A stretch of DNA of 64,000 nt, from assembly GCA_963706595.1 (NCBI GenBank), contig OY970166.1:4032001-4096000 (forward strand), given 5' to 3'. Made by a program: the position numbers and the translations under genes. The notes beneath the pieces were generated by a model. It had not been told where the DNA came from, searched no databases, and saw only the letters and a list, made by a program, of their open reading frames with translations. This DNA comes from an uncultured cyanobacterium. Lineage in GTDB: Bacteria > Cyanobacteriota > Cyanobacteriia > Cyanobacteriales > Nostocaceae. This document shows, piece after piece, positions 28,091-39,674 of the stretch. Positions within the stretch are counted from its first letter, which is position 1. Each line of letters starts with the position of its first letter.

Positions 28091-28283
28091 TGTTCGCGTA
28101 GCGTCTCCGAGAGGAGATAGAGAGGACTTTAGTCCTCATCTTAAAAAAAACATATACAGAACATATAGCCGTCCTAAATCATTTCTAAACCTCTTTACTT
28201 CTTCACTTGGCGACCTTGGCGACTAAAGCCCTGGGGGCATACGCTGCGCGAAGGCGGTTAGATAAATTCATAAATCAAATAGG

Positions 28284-29492
28284 ATGGCTAAAGTGGCACA
28301 AATTATCATTGTAGGCGCAGGTCCCACAGGTGCAGCACTAGCCCTACTCCTGGTGAAACGTGGTATTAATGTCACGCTAATTGAAGCAGCAAAAGACTTT
28401 AATCGTATATTTCGCGGTGAGGGATTAATGCCTAGTGGGTTAGATGCACTCACACAAATGGGACTATCTACACTCTTAGAGAATATTCCATCTCGAAAAC
28501 TCGATGGTTGGGAGTTCATCATTGAGGGAAAACAATTATTTCGCGTAGACGAGCCAATGGGGTCAACTCGTCCCTGTACACTGGTGTCACAACCGCCACT
28601 GCTCAAAGCCTTAATTTCCGAAGCTCAAACCCATGATGGATTTGAATTTATCCCAGGCGTTGCTGTCAAAGATTTATTTTGGAATAATCAGCGTGTTGCA
28701 GGTGTAATACTCAGTGATGGGCGACAAATTACGGCTGATTTAGTGATTGGGGCGGATGGTCGTAACTCAATTGTGCGGGAACGTGCAGGATTAAAATTAG
28801 TACATCAGCCCAAAAATATCGATATTCTCTGGTTTAAGTTGGCAGCTAGTCCCCAGTTTGCAGATGATAATGTGTTTCGGACGATAGTAAATAGCGATCG
28901 CATCTTTAGCATCTTTCATGGAGCAGAGTCTGATAAACTACATTTAGCTTATGTAATCTCCGCCAACGAAAAAACCGATTACAAACAAGCAAATTGGGCA
29001 GAAATTTTCGCCTCATTATCCCCCGCATGGTTAGCAGAGCATTTTCGCAATTACGCAGATACTATCGAATCTCCCATTAAACTCTCTGTTGTGGTTGGTT
29101 GTTGTCCACAATGGCACGCACCAGGGATATTACTTTTAGGTGATGCTGCACACCCCATGTCGCCTGTCCGCGCTCAGGGTATAAATATAGCGTTGCGTGA
29201 TGTAATTGTTGCAGCTAATTATTTAGTACCGATATTGCAAGCAGACGCGGAACACCAAAAAATTGATACTGCACTATCACAGATTCAAGCAGAACGTCAG
29301 CCAGAAATTATCCGCGCCCAGCAACTTCAGTTACAAGAAGCTGCACAAGGCGAACTACTGCGAAACAATTCCCTAGTGCGATCGCTCTTAATCCAATTTT
29401 CGCCTTTGTTACGTCCTATGATTAAACTCTCTTGGTTAAGGCGACAACTTCAAATGCGCCAGGGCATCACACAAGTCAATCTAAAAGTATAA
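28284..29492 (+). CDS. FAD-dependent monooxygenase/oxidoreductase
   Basis: GAGPTG, GADG and GDAAHPMSP motifs. Confidence 0.9.
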   Translation: MAKVAQIIIVGAGPTGAALALLLVKRGINVTLIEAAKDFNRIFRGEGLMPSGLDALTQMGLSTLLENIPSRKLDGWEFIIEGKQLFRVDEPMGSTRPCTLVSQPPLLKALISEAQTHDGFEFIPGVAVKDLFWNNQRVAGVILSDGRQITADLVIGADGRNSIVRERAGLKLVHQPKNIDILWFKLAASPQFADDNVFRTIVNSDRIFSIFHGAESDKLHLAYVISANEKTDYKQANWAEIFASLSPAWLAEHFRNYADTIESPIKLSVVVGCCPQWHAPGILLLGDAAHPMSPVRAQGINIALRDVIVAANYLVPILQADAEHQKIDTALSQIQAERQPEIIRAQQLQLQEAAQGELLRNNSLVRSLLIQFSPLLRPMIKLSWLRRQLQMRQGITQVNLKV

Positions 29493-29613
29493 AAAACCTT
29501 TAGCTATGATGCGCTCAATTCCATTTTTTGGAGGATTTGTAGAGCCTTTTATGACGGCATTGCTTAAAATGTAAAGAGAATAATCATGCATACTTCAATC
29601 CAATATCCATTCT

Positions 29614-29826
29614 ATGCAAATTACCCTTAACCTTGATGAATCGCTTCTCAACGAAGCCTTTCAACTGACTAACCTCACCACCCAAGAAGAACTTATGAAT
29701 CTTGCTCTAAAAGAATTTGTGAGATCGCGCCGTAAGAAAAACCTTCTCGACCTTGCGGGACAGATTCAATTTGCCCCAGATTTTGATTATAAAGCCCTAC
29801 GTGAAACTCGTCATGTTGCTGATTGA
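29614..29826 (+). CDS. vapB: Type II antitoxin VapB
   Basis: RHH-like TLNLDESLLNEA...ALKEFV; overlaps the PIN gene. Confidence 0.85.
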   Translation: MQITLNLDESLLNEAFQLTNLTTQEELMNLALKEFVRSRRKKNLLDLAGQIQFAPDFDYKALRETRHVAD

Positions 29827-30211
29827 TACATCTGTGTGGATCAGCGTCTTCCGCAATCGCAGTGGTCAAGTTCGCCAGCAGCTTGAAACTCTGGTTGCGA
29901 ATCGGCCGGTACAACTCACTCGGTTCACCCAGCTTGAATTGTTGCAAGGTAGTCTGAATGAGCAAGAGTGGACTCTCCTCTCTACTTATCTTGAAACACA
30001 AGACTACGTTGAACTCACGCCTTCTTCGTGGCAAGAGGCTGCACGTATCTACTACGACTTGCGCCGCCAAGGGCTTACCGTTCGTAGTCCAATCGATTGC
30101 TGTATTGCTCAAGTGGCACTGGAAAATAATTTGCTTTTGATCCATGATGATCGTGACTTCGAGACCATTGCTCAAGTGCGATCTCTCCAACACCTTCGTT
30201 TTCAGCCTTGA
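29813..30211 (+). CDS. vapC: PIN-domain toxin VapC
   Basis: LLIDTSVWI, ELLQG, DCCIA and HDDRDF; ATG at 29813. Confidence 0.9.
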   Translation: MLLIDTSVWISVFRNRSGQVRQQLETLVANRPVQLTRFTQLELLQGSLNEQEWTLLSTYLETQDYVELTPSSWQEAARIYYDLRRQGLTVRSPIDCCIAQVALENNLLLIHDDRDFETIAQVRSLQHLRFQP

Positions 30212-30366
30212 ATCCTCTAATCGTACTTAAGGGTTGGGGTTAGCTATTGCTGTGGCGATCGCCCAAAGTTATGTGTTTTACATTGGGCAAAGATTGTAAA
30301 TAATCATTAAATATAGCTAATAAATTTTTTACTAAATAAGGTATTTATGATACTTAAATCAACTAA

Positions 30367-31443
30367 TTAGCTGATGTGTTGAAAGATGATTTTCAATAAA
30401 TCCCCTTGTATAAAAGGTTTAGCTAAAAAGCCTGAAGCTCTGACAAACTTGGCTCTAGCTCTATCTATCAGCCCTGTTCTACCTGTCACCATAATCACAG
30501 GCGTATTTTTCAAAGATGAGTGTTTACGTAACAACGAGCATAATTCATACCCATCTAAATTAGGCATCTCAACATCTAATAAAATCAGGTCTGGTTTGGT
30601 GCGAACAATTTGCATTAAAGCATTCAAAGAATCGGTAATTGTAATCACAGAAAACATTTGCTCATCTAAGTAACTTTTTATAGTGTTTAATACCGCCGGA
30701 CTGTCATCAATACAGAGGATTGTGAAGAGATTTTTGTCAGCAGTTGGTGTAGTTTGCTGACCGCTATTATGGATATTATGAATATTGTGAGTTGATGCAG
30801 GTTGAGAGTATGCAGTTTTATGACCTTCACTGACTTTAGCAGAGGTTTTTACAGGTTGTGTTTGAGGTAATGGCTGATTTAACCGCACAACTGGCGATGT
30901 CTGTGTGTAGGTTCCCCCACGGCTACCCCTTTGCTGCTGTTCCACTAATAAACGAATATTTAGATGACAGTACTTTGGCATATCATCGAGAAAGCTTTCC
31001 GGAACAAATTCATAACTTCCTTCTTCTAAGTTCAAGAATGTCTCCAAGACTTCTAGCGCCAATTGCTCTATGAGCATCGCCGCTTGAGCAGGGGTGATGT
31101 ATTTTTGGCTGACTAGCCAACAAATAGCCAGATAATCTGGGTTTGGTATTGCTTGATCCTCAATCCCATTTTCAAATATCGCCTGTAACTGCTCATTAAT
31201 TCCGTGAGGAAGAGTTGAGATGTGCTGACTTAAGCTTTCCAAGTTTCTGTAAAGCGGCTCAAACATTTTCTCGGAGTAGCAAGCATAAATCAGCTTACCC
31301 TCTTCTATATAGATTGACCAAGAGCCAGATGTGCTAAAGACTTGTAAACAACCATTAACAGTCTTACTGGTAACCTTTTTTAAAAGAGGTATGGGTTGAA
31401 GTTTTTGGAAAAATCTATATCTACTAATGGGAAGTGTCTTCAT
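30367..31443 (-). CDS. patA: Heterocyst pattern response regulator PatA (PATAN + REC)
   Basis: MKTLPISRYRFFQK...QAIPNPDYLAICWLV matches Nostocales PatA as I recall it; C-terminal receiver domain (IDDS, LLDVEMP). Confidence 0.88.
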   Translation of the reverse strand: MKTLPISRYRFFQKLQPIPLLKKVTSKTVNGCLQVFSTSGSWSIYIEEGKLIYACYSEKMFEPLYRNLESLSQHISTLPHGINEQLQAIFENGIEDQAIPNPDYLAICWLVSQKYITPAQAAMLIEQLALEVLETFLNLEEGSYEFVPESFLDDMPKYCHLNIRLLVEQQQRGSRGGTYTQTSPVVRLNQPLPQTQPVKTSAKVSEGHKTAYSQPASTHNIHNIHNSGQQTTPTADKNLFTILCIDDSPAVLNTIKSYLDEQMFSVITITDSLNALMQIVRTKPDLILLDVEMPNLDGYELCSLLRKHSSLKNTPVIMVTGRTGLIDRARAKFVRASGFLAKPFIQGDLLKIIFQHIS

Positions 31444-31786
31444 CGGCACAGATTTGAGATATAATTAACATCCACTGTCAAAATCAGTGAATAACCTTTT
31501 GGGAATTAACAACCAGAGTTTCAAAAATAGTGTTCAGCTAAATATAGCGGTAACATTTGGGTTAGTACAGATACTCTTCACCCCTAACTCCTAATTTCCC
31601 AATATCTGTTAAGCTATAGTTGATAAAATGGCGATTTACTGTATTAGACCCAGCGATGCTATTGAAAAACAGTAAAATCATCCCACTGGTGACTGGAAAA
31701 TAGGATTCTCAAAACCAGTTTGATGGTCTGTGATTTCGCTAATTTGGCTAATTTAACAGTAACTTAACTCTTGCACACAGACTATT

Positions 31787-31801
31787 GGCTCTAGCCCATC
31801 A
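31787..31801. promoter_or_regulatory. Candidate HetR-binding site upstream of patA
   Basis: GGCTCTAGCCCATCA matches 13/15 positions of the recalled HetR consensus GGGTCTAgCCCagCA. Confidence 0.55.
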
Positions 31802-32969
31802 GTAGCAAAAGTGTTGCTATTCACCGTATTTCCTCGATTAATGTCTGCTCAATCAGCACTTAAAAATCGGCTTAACTAGGATAGATAGTATTTTAATTGA
31901 CTAAGTAGCTATCCGGTTGAGGCTGTTGCGCCAGTTTGAGATGGGAGAGTTTTTCTGTAATCAGGTTGAGGCAAAATTTTCGCTTTCACAACAAGAACAG
32001 GAAATTTTGCCAAAGGTGAGGTTCAAAATTTAGATCATGTCCGTTGAATTGCTGATTAAACCCAGAACCCCTTTAGCCAAAGCTACACTTTATTTCCTTT
32101 ACCCGCCTGCAAAGAGGGGTTGGGGAGCTAGTAAGTTGCAGCACTTTCTCAAAGTCATAGGTGGGATGCAATGATTGTGGTCATCGTAGACTAATTATCC
32201 GGGCTTAATATTACACTTCATAAGTACGGAAAAGATGTCTAGTGTTGTGTGATGGTAAATAGTCACCCTACACCATTTTGAGTGCCAGATACCATAATTT
32301 ATAGCGAGATACAAGAAGTATAGTACAGACCAACAAAATAGATTTTTTAGCTAAATGGTAGAACCGTAAATAGTTTGCTTACTAATTTTTAGATTACTAT
32401 AATTTTTGCAGAAAATAACAAAATTTTTATGAATATCATAAGGAATAAGTAAAGGAAACGTGAATAAAATTAGTAGCTATTTTCTCGACTTTTTTCCGGA
32501 AACTCTACTTTGACAATAGATACCGTGCTTACACGTATTGCTAAATAAACCAATAATTATGAAATTATATGATAGCGATAACACCTAGAACCACAGTAAT
32601 TATAGTAAGTATTAGATTATATATGGTAGTTTTAAATGGGGGATAAAATTATTGGTTAATCTTGTTGGTGTTCTTATACCAAACTTAGATGAGGCAAGCG
32701 CTGATCTAAGTTTTTGTGAATTTCTTAGACAGTTGATCTATAAAATTACACTGTATGGAAACTAAGCTGGTGGGGGTTGATAAATAGGTTTCCAGTTCTA
32801 AAACTTGTGCTAATTGCGGAACCGAAACAGAAACACTTGCACTTAATGAGCGCTTGATAACTGGCGATCGCGCCTAAATTCCTTTCTGACTCGGCTGTTG
32901 GTTAAAATTAACAAAGTGGCAAGCTCTCCGTGCTTTACTGCCAGCAAGAGGAATTAATTTAGAACAATT

Positions 32970-33899
32970 GTGACCGCATTTAATTTACAAGTTGAAGAAA
33001 CAGGCGATCGCCTTGACCGCTATCTTTCCGAAAATTTACCTGATTTATCTCGTTCTCGCATCCAGCAATTGATTGAACAGGGAAATGTTCACCTCAATGA
33101 GCAAATCTGCACAACTAAAAAAATTAATGTCAAAGCAGGCGATCGCATTACCTTAGAAATCCCAGAAGTTCAACCCCTACAAGTGCAAGCCCAAGATATC
33201 CCCCTCGATATCCTCTATGAAGACGACCACTTACTGATTCTCAACAAACCTGCTGGCTTAGTCGTCCATCCCGCACCCGGTCATCCTGATGGGACTTTGG
33301 TCAATGCTTTGTTAGCACATTGTCCCAACCTCCCCGGAATTGGCGGTGTCCAGCGTCCAGGGATTGTGCATCGATTGGATAAGGATACAACAGGGGCGAT
33401 CGCGATCGCTAAAACCGATATTGCCTATCACAGCCTCCAAGCCCAACTCCAAGCAAAAACTGCCAGACGAGAATATTTAGGCGTAGTTTACGGTGCGCCG
33501 AAAACCGAAAATGGCATGATTGACGAACCCATTGGTCGTCATCCCCAAGATAGAAAAAAAATGGCAGTAGTCCCTATAGAAAAAGGCGGACGTAATGCGG
33601 TAACTCATTGGCAAATCTTAGAAAGACTAGGAAACCAGACATTAGTCCTCTTTCAATTAGAAACAGGACGCACCCATCAAATTCGTGTCCACAGCGCTAA
33701 AATCGGTCATCCCATCGTTGGCGACCCCATTTATAGTTCGGCTCATTCCGTGGGGGTCAAATTAAATGGTCAAGCACTGCACGCATGGCGATTAAAATTG
33801 CAACATCCAATTTCCGAGAATTTGATTGAGGTGACAGCTCCCCCTCCCCAAACATTTACAACTTTGCTAGAAATTCTCCGCCGACGAGTTGCTAGTTAA
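32970..33899 (+). CDS. rluD: RluA/RluD-family pseudouridine synthase
   Basis: S4 domain, GIVHRLDKDTTG and TGRTHQIRVH. Confidence 0.9.
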   Translation: MTAFNLQVEETGDRLDRYLSENLPDLSRSRIQQLIEQGNVHLNEQICTTKKINVKAGDRITLEIPEVQPLQVQAQDIPLDILYEDDHLLILNKPAGLVVHPAPGHPDGTLVNALLAHCPNLPGIGGVQRPGIVHRLDKDTTGAIAIAKTDIAYHSLQAQLQAKTARREYLGVVYGAPKTENGMIDEPIGRHPQDRKKMAVVPIEKGGRNAVTHWQILERLGNQTLVLFQLETGRTHQIRVHSAKIGHPIVGDPIYSSAHSVGVKLNGQALHAWRLKLQHPISENLIEVTAPPPQTFTTLLEILRRRVAS

Positions 33900-34599
33900 A
33901 GTTCTCAAAATATCATTCTGAAGGTAGATGCTTCAATTACGAACGTTGCATACGGATTAAGCAAGAAGGGGTAGAGGACAAACAGAAATAGGTGGGACTT
34001 GACTCCTCCCTATTCTCCTATATTTAGATTTGTAAAGTTTTTTGGGCTTTTTTGCTGTAAAAAGATCAGTTGATCACCATTTTAAGTAACAGGTCAACAG
34101 ACTATCTTAACATCTTTTAATAAAAACTGCACTGGCTAAAAATACTCATAAAAACTGCCATGTCCTGTATTTTCAATACTTCTAGAAAAATTAATAAAAT
34201 CTAAAACTCTGGAATTTTCCGGCGATTTGTAACAGACATGAAGTAATGTAAAGCAATTTTGGGCGATTTCTCAGGCAAAGTCCTTATATGTAAAGCATTT
34301 GAGGTGGTTCTTATTCGGTCATCTTATTTATTCATAATTTGTAACAAATAAAGGATCTATGGCATTGTATAAACATAAGCTGAAGGGGTTAAATGACAGA
34401 CAGAAGTCAAACAAGGCATCCATTTAATCAAGTTTGCCCATTTCTCATAAATTACCCCAGGTTCTCATAATTGCTCGTTCATTTGGTGACAGGGAATTAT
34501 GAGACTAAGGTGAGAAGCGGTTTGATCCCCAGTCTGTTTTTAACCATAAACATTGCTAGTTTTAATCTAGACATCTCACAAATTAGGAGATTAAAGTCC

Positions 34600-35121
34600 A
34601 TGACATTAGATGTATTCACCAAGGTAGTTTCTCAAGCTGACTCCAGAGGCGAGTTTTTAAGCAACGAGCAATTAGACGCTTTAACCAACGTTGTTAAAGA
34701 AGGCAACAAGCGCTTAGATGTTGTTAACCGCATCACCAGCAATCAATCAGCTATTGTTACCAACGCGGCTCGTTCTTTGTTTGAAGAACAACCCCAATTG
34801 ATTGCTCCTGGTGGAAACGCTTACACAAACCGTCGTATGGCTGCTTGTTTGCGCGACATGGAAATCATCTTGCGTTACGTTACCTACGCTATCTTGGCTG
34901 GTGATGCTAGTGTTCTAGATGATCGCTGCTTAAACGGCTTGCGCGAAACCTACCAAGCTCTAGGAACTCCTGGATCTTCTGTAGCTGTCGGCGTTCAAAA
35001 AATGAAAGACGCTGCTGTTGGCCTAGCTAACGATCCTAACGGCATCACCAAGGGTGATTGCAGCAATTTGATGTCTGAAGTAGCTAGCTACTTTGATCGT
35101 GCTGCTGCTGCTGTTGCTTAA
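34600..35121 (+). CDS. cpcB: Phycocyanin beta subunit
   Basis: AGGAGA RBS before ATG 34600; [13 protein letters not shown] and GDCS chromophore motifs. Confidence 0.97.
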   Translation: MTLDVFTKVVSQADSRGEFLSNEQLDALTNVVKEGNKRLDVVNRITSNQSAIVTNAARSLFEEQPQLIAPGGNAYTNRRMAACLRDMEIILRYVTYAILAGDASVLDDRCLNGLRETYQALGTPGSSVAVGVQKMKDAAVGLANDPNGITKGDCSNLMSEVASYFDRAAAAVA

Positions 35122-35199
35122 TATCAATAACAAAGTCCAACACCTAAATATTTAGGTAATCAAACCAAAAATTTACGAAATACCAAGGAGATTTTAGAA

Positions 35200-35691
35200 A
35201 TGGTTAAAACACCAATTACCGAAGCGATCGCATCTGCTGATACCCAAGGACGTTTTTTAGGCAACACCGAACTGCAAGCAGTTAACGGTCGTTATGTACG
35301 TGCTATTGCCAGCATGGAAGCTGCTCGTGCTTTGACCTCCAACGCTCAAAAGTTGATTGATGGTGCAACCCAAGCGGTTTACCAAAAATTCCCATACACC
35401 ACCCAAACACCAGGCCCTCAGTTTGCTGCTGACAGCCGTGGTAAGTCCAAGTGCGCTCGTGACGTTGGTCACTACCTACGCATCGTTACCTACAGCTTAG
35501 TTGCTGGTGGTACAGGTCCTTTGGATGAGTTCTTGATTGCTGGCTTGTCTGAAATCAACAGCTCCTTTGATTTGTCTCCTAGCTGGTACGTTGAAGCTAT
35601 CAAGTACATGAAAGCCAATCATGGTTTGAGTGGACAAGCTGCTAACGAAGCCAACACCTACTTTGACTACGCTATCAACGCTCTTAGCTAA
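35200..35691 (+). CDS. cpcA: Phycocyanin alpha subunit
   Basis: KTPITEAI and [13 protein letters not shown]. Confidence 0.97.
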   Translation: MVKTPITEAIASADTQGRFLGNTELQAVNGRYVRAIASMEAARALTSNAQKLIDGATQAVYQKFPYTTQTPGPQFAADSRGKSKCARDVGHYLRIVTYSLVAGGTGPLDEFLIAGLSEINSSFDLSPSWYVEAIKYMKANHGLSGQAANEANTYFDYAINALS

Positions 35692-35699
35692 ATAGTATC

Positions 35700-35824
35700 T
35701 TGCCCGGATCAGGATGCAAGTGTTGGATGGAGTTAGTCAACCCTTTGGGGTTCACCAGTCGCTCGTTTTGTCAAACAAAAAGACCGTTCTGGCTCATCTA
35801 GCAGTTGAATCTCGCTCCGGGCAA
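35700..35824 (+). terminator. Long stem-loop after cpcA (transcript stabiliser/attenuator)
   Basis: TTGCCCGGA...TCCGGGCAA closing stem with internal pairing, followed by a T run. Confidence 0.7.
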
Positions 35825-35913
35825 ACTTTTATTTAGCAGAGAAATAAAAAAGGTTTGAGTAAAGTCAGCACTCGGTACAAATAGCCGAAATGCAAATAAA
35901 TAGGTGAAAAATC

Positions 35914-36774
35914 ATGGCAATTACAACAGCAGCATCTAGGCTAGGAACAGAGCCTTTTAGCGATGCACGTCGAGTTGAACTGCGCCCCAACGCCAGCAAA
36001 GATGAAGCAGAGGTTGTAATCCGCGCTGCTTATCGGCAAATTTTGGGTAACGACTATTTGATGGCATCGGAACGTCTAGTCAGCGCCGAATCCCTCCTGC
36101 GAGATGGCAATTTATCAGTGCGGGAGTTTGTCCGCAGTATTGCGAAATCAGAACTTTACAAAAACAAGTTTTTTTACAACAGTTTTCAAACTCGGTTGAT
36201 TGAACTCAACTACAAGCATCTTTTGGGACGCGCACCCTACGATGAAGCGGAAGTTGTTTACCACTTAGATTTGTACCAGAACAAAGGGTACGACGCGGAA
36301 ATTGATTCTTATATTGATTCTCCAGAGTACCAAAATAACTTCGGTGACAATATCGTTCCATATTATCGTGGTTTTGATAACCAACCAGGGCAAAAAACTG
36401 TCGGCTTTACGCGGATGTTCCGGTTATACAGGGGTTATGCCAATAGCGATCGCACCCAAGTAGAAGGTACTAAATCCCGTTTAGCGCAGGATTTAGCAAG
36501 TAATAAATCTTCTTCCATTGTGGGACCATCAGGAAGCAATGATAACTGGAATTATCGTGCTTCATCAGATGTCGCGCCCAAGAAGAATTTAGGAAATGCT
36601 GTGGGTGTAGGCGATCGCGTGTACCGCATCGAAGTTACAGCAATCCGTGGTTCCGGCTATCCCAGTATCAGACGGAGTAGCACAGCATTTATCGTACCTT
36701 ACGAGCGACTTTCTGACAAGATCCAGCAAATTCATAAGCAGGGTGGCAAAATCGTCAGCATCACGTCAGCATAA
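35914..36774 (+). CDS. cpcC: Phycocyanin rod linker
   Basis: [14 protein letters not shown] linker domain and C-terminal CpcD-like domain. Confidence 0.95.
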   Translation: MAITTAASRLGTEPFSDARRVELRPNASKDEAEVVIRAAYRQILGNDYLMASERLVSAESLLRDGNLSVREFVRSIAKSELYKNKFFYNSFQTRLIELNYKHLLGRAPYDEAEVVYHLDLYQNKGYDAEIDSYIDSPEYQNNFGDNIVPYYRGFDNQPGQKTVGFTRMFRLYRGYANSDRTQVEGTKSRLAQDLASNKSSSIVGPSGSNDNWNYRASSDVAPKKNLGNAVGVGDRVYRIEVTAIRGSGYPSIRRSSTAFIVPYERLSDKIQQIHKQGGKIVSITSA

Positions 36775-36811
36775 GGTAGCGTTACTCAAACCATACAGGA
36801 GATAAGAAGTA

Positions 36812-37054
36812 ATGTTCGGTCAAACCACACTTGGGGCTGGTAGCGTTTCTTCATCTGCAAGCCGAATCTTTCGTTATGAAGTCGTAGGCTTGCGCCAAAA
36901 TGCAGAAACTGACAAAAATCAATTCGACATTCGTCGCAGTGGTAGTGTGTTCATCACAGTGCCATACAGTCGGATGAACGAAGAAATGCAACGCATTAAC
37001 CGCTTAGGTGGCAGAATCATCAATATTTCACCATTGAGCGCTGACGAGAACTAA
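36812..37054 (+). CDS. cpcD: Rod-capping linker
   Basis: VPYSRMNEEMQRINRLGGRI. Confidence 0.95.
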   Translation: MFGQTTLGAGSVSSSASRIFRYEVVGLRQNAETDKNQFDIRRSGSVFITVPYSRMNEEMQRINRLGGRIINISPLSADEN

Positions 37055-37063
37055 TTTCTTGGC

Positions 37064-37894
37064 ATGAACGAACCCAGTGCGTCAGAATATTCAGCAGAAA
37101 ATGCGCCCCAGTTGACACCAGAGTTAGCACTCGCCAACCTGCAATCATCAGATTTAAGTCTCCGCTATTACGCAGCTTGGTGGCTGGGCAAAAATAAAGT
37201 GAGCCGCCCAGATGTTGTAGATGCCTTAATTGCAGCGTTAGAGGATGAAGCCGACAGAACAGAAATGGGAGGTTATCCACTGCGGCGCAATGCAGCCAGA
37301 GCATTGGGGAAATTAGGTGATGCCAAAGCTATACCAGGCTTAATTAAGAGCTTGGAATGCCATGATTTTTATGTGCGCGAAGCAGCAGCCCAGTCTTTGC
37401 AAAAGTTGCGAGACAAAACTGCCGCCCCAGCCCTCATAAAAATGTTAGATGGGGGTGTTGCCCAGGCCGTGCAAGTAATGGGTCGCCCTCATCTCACCCA
37501 GCCCTATGAAGCGGTAATAGAAGCCTTGGGAGCTATTGGTGCAACTGAGGCTATTTCTTTAATTGCACCGTTTTTAGAGCATGAAATCCCAGGGGTACAG
37601 TGTGCCGCCGCTAGAGCAATGTACCAGCTAACACAAGACCCTGTTTATGGGGATAGGTTAGTGAAAACTTTGTCCAGTAGTGACCTGAAATTGCGCCGCT
37701 TGGTTTTAACAGATTTGGGTGCAATTGGATACATGGCAGCAGCAGAGGCGATCGCGATCGCTCAGGTAGAAAATAGCTTCAAACTCATTGCCCTCAAAGG
37801 ATTACTAGAACATCAACTCACCCCAGAGTTAGATGTTTTGTCTGTTTCTGACAATGCTATCCAGGTGATGAATTTGATGGATTCACTTTTATAG
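37064..37894 (+). CDS. cpcE: Phycocyanobilin lyase alpha subunit
   Basis: RYYAAWWLG and GGYPLRRNAARALG HEAT-like repeats. Confidence 0.95.
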   Translation: MNEPSASEYSAENAPQLTPELALANLQSSDLSLRYYAAWWLGKNKVSRPDVVDALIAALEDEADRTEMGGYPLRRNAARALGKLGDAKAIPGLIKSLECHDFYVREAAAQSLQKLRDKTAAPALIKMLDGGVAQAVQVMGRPHLTQPYEAVIEALGAIGATEAISLIAPFLEHEIPGVQCAAARAMYQLTQDPVYGDRLVKTLSSSDLKLRRLVLTDLGAIGYMAAAEAIAIAQVENSFKLIALKGLLEHQLTPELDVLSVSDNAIQVMNLMDSLL

Positions 37895-37975
37895 TCATTA
37901 GTCATTAGTTATTAGTCATTAGTTGAATGATGAGTAGCCAATGACTATTGATGATTAATTACCGACCGTTTACTA

Positions 37976-38572
37976 ATGACTGATGAATTAATTCGTGCCG
38001 TCGCCCAGGCAGATACACCAGCCAATATGGTAACGGCAGTCAAAAACTTGGCAGCAGCAAAAGATGTCGCCGCCATTCCCACATTAATTGCGGTGTTTGG
38101 CTATAACAACCCAACCGCAGCAACCGTGGCGGCGGCAGCATTGACCGAAATGGGAGAAATAGCAGTACCACAATTGCTATCTCAGATAGACGATTATAAC
38201 TATGGCGCACGGGCTTATTCGATTCGTACTTTAGCAGCGATCGCAGACCCCCGTGCTATAGACGTTTTAATCACAGCCGCAGCTACAGACTTTGCTCCCA
38301 GTGTCCGCCGCGCTGCTGCCAAGGGATTGGGAAATTTAAACTGGCATAAACTCGACTCTGCCGACAGAGAAACAGCGCTGAAAAAAGCATTGGAAACCCT
38401 GCTGTTTATTTCTCAAGACTCAGAATGGTCAATCCGTTATGCTGCTGTTGTCGGTTTACAAGCCTTGGCGAAAATACCTGATTTACAGCAACCCATTCAG
38501 ACGAGATTTGACCAGATGTTAGCCACTGATGACGAAAAAGCAATTCGCGCTCGTGTGCAGGTGGCTGTTTGA
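37976..38572 (+). CDS. cpcF: Phycocyanobilin lyase beta subunit
   Basis: GYNNP, YNYGARA and DFAPSVRRAAAKGLG. Confidence 0.95.
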   Translation: MTDELIRAVAQADTPANMVTAVKNLAAAKDVAAIPTLIAVFGYNNPTAATVAAAALTEMGEIAVPQLLSQIDDYNYGARAYSIRTLAAIADPRAIDVLITAAATDFAPSVRRAAAKGLGNLNWHKLDSADRETALKKALETLLFISQDSEWSIRYAAVVGLQALAKIPDLQQPIQTRFDQMLATDDEKAIRARVQVAV

Positions 38573-38667
38573 ATCAGTGAACAGTTACCAGTTATCAGTT
38601 AGTAACTTTGAATTTCTGCGATCGCTGGTTTCTGACTTACATATCATAAAACAAGGAAAAAGTAAAT

Positions 38668-39507
38668 ATGTCAATACCATTACTGAATTATTCATATACC
38701 ACGCAAAATCAGCGTGTAGAAGGTTACGAAGTACCCAACGAAGACACGCCCACCATGTATCGGTTAGCTGCTGCTACCTCAGATACAGATATTGATGCCA
38801 TTATCTGGGCAGCATATCGGCAAATCTTTAGCGAACACTTAATCATTGCCAGTAATCGCCAAAAGTTTCTGGAATCTCAACTGCGAAATCGGGCAATTAA
38901 CGTCCGTGATTTTATCCGGGGATTGGGTAAATCGGAAGTTTACCGCACACAAGTAGCAGATATTAATACCAACTACCGCTTAGTTGACATCACCTTAAAG
39001 CGGTTTGTGGGACGCGCCGCCTACAACAAAGACGAAGAAATTTCTTGGTCTATTGTGATTGGGACAAAAGGATTACACGGTTTCATCGATACCTTGTTAG
39101 ATAGTGAAGAATATCTGCAAAACTTTGGTGATGACATCGTACCTTTTCAACGCCGTCGCTATAAAGACAGACCCTTTAACTTAGTTAATCCTCGCTACGG
39201 TTCATACTGGCGCGATCGCATGATGTTGGAATCTATCGGTGGTCGTACCTTCTACAATGCCCGCACCACAGGCTTTGCCAGTAAACAAGAGATTCGTCGA
39301 GTTATTCCCGCCAATTTCATGAGCATGGCCGGGCAAATTCTCGCCCCGGAATTGAACTACCAACGGACAGTAGCTACAGTCACCTCACAAATCAAAGATA
39401 TCAAGATTCCCGACAACTCCCGCGAAATTGGTACTCCCCAACCAACCATGAAACCTGTAGCTGTGGCTCTACCTTACCGTTACATCCCTGCAAATCCCAC
39501 AAATTAA
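38668..39507 (+). CDS. cpcG1: Rod-core linker CpcG1
   Basis: MSIPLL..QNQRV and [10 protein letters not shown]; 279 aa; first linker after cpcF. Confidence 0.85.
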   Translation: MSIPLLNYSYTTQNQRVEGYEVPNEDTPTMYRLAAATSDTDIDAIIWAAYRQIFSEHLIIASNRQKFLESQLRNRAINVRDFIRGLGKSEVYRTQVADINTNYRLVDITLKRFVGRAAYNKDEEISWSIVIGTKGLHGFIDTLLDSEEYLQNFGDDIVPFQRRRYKDRPFNLVNPRYGSYWRDRMMLESIGGRTFYNARTTGFASKQEIRRVIPANFMSMAGQILAPELNYQRTVATVTSQIKDIKIPDNSREIGTPQPTMKPVAVALPYRYIPANPTN

Positions 39508-39527
39508 GACCTGAGCCATTACTTAAA

Positions 39528-39633
39528 TATAGCGGTATGCATTTGAATGAAGTACATCATAGTCCCCTCCTCGCTTGCGGGGAGGGGGTTGGGGGTGGGG
39601 TTCTTGTATCTCACTCAAACGATAACCGCTATA
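39528..39633. mobile_element. ~105-bp MITE (TATAGCGGT...ACCGCTATA), copy 2
   Basis: Perfect 9-bp TIR; inverted homologue at 12104-12210. Confidence 0.8.
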
Positions 39634-39674
39634 GTCAGACTCCAACAACTGATAACTGATAACTGATAACTGAA

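Noticed and set aside
34471..34599. N-terminal extension of CpcB in the ORF track
   Set aside because: The RBS and family N-terminus place the start at ATG 34600.
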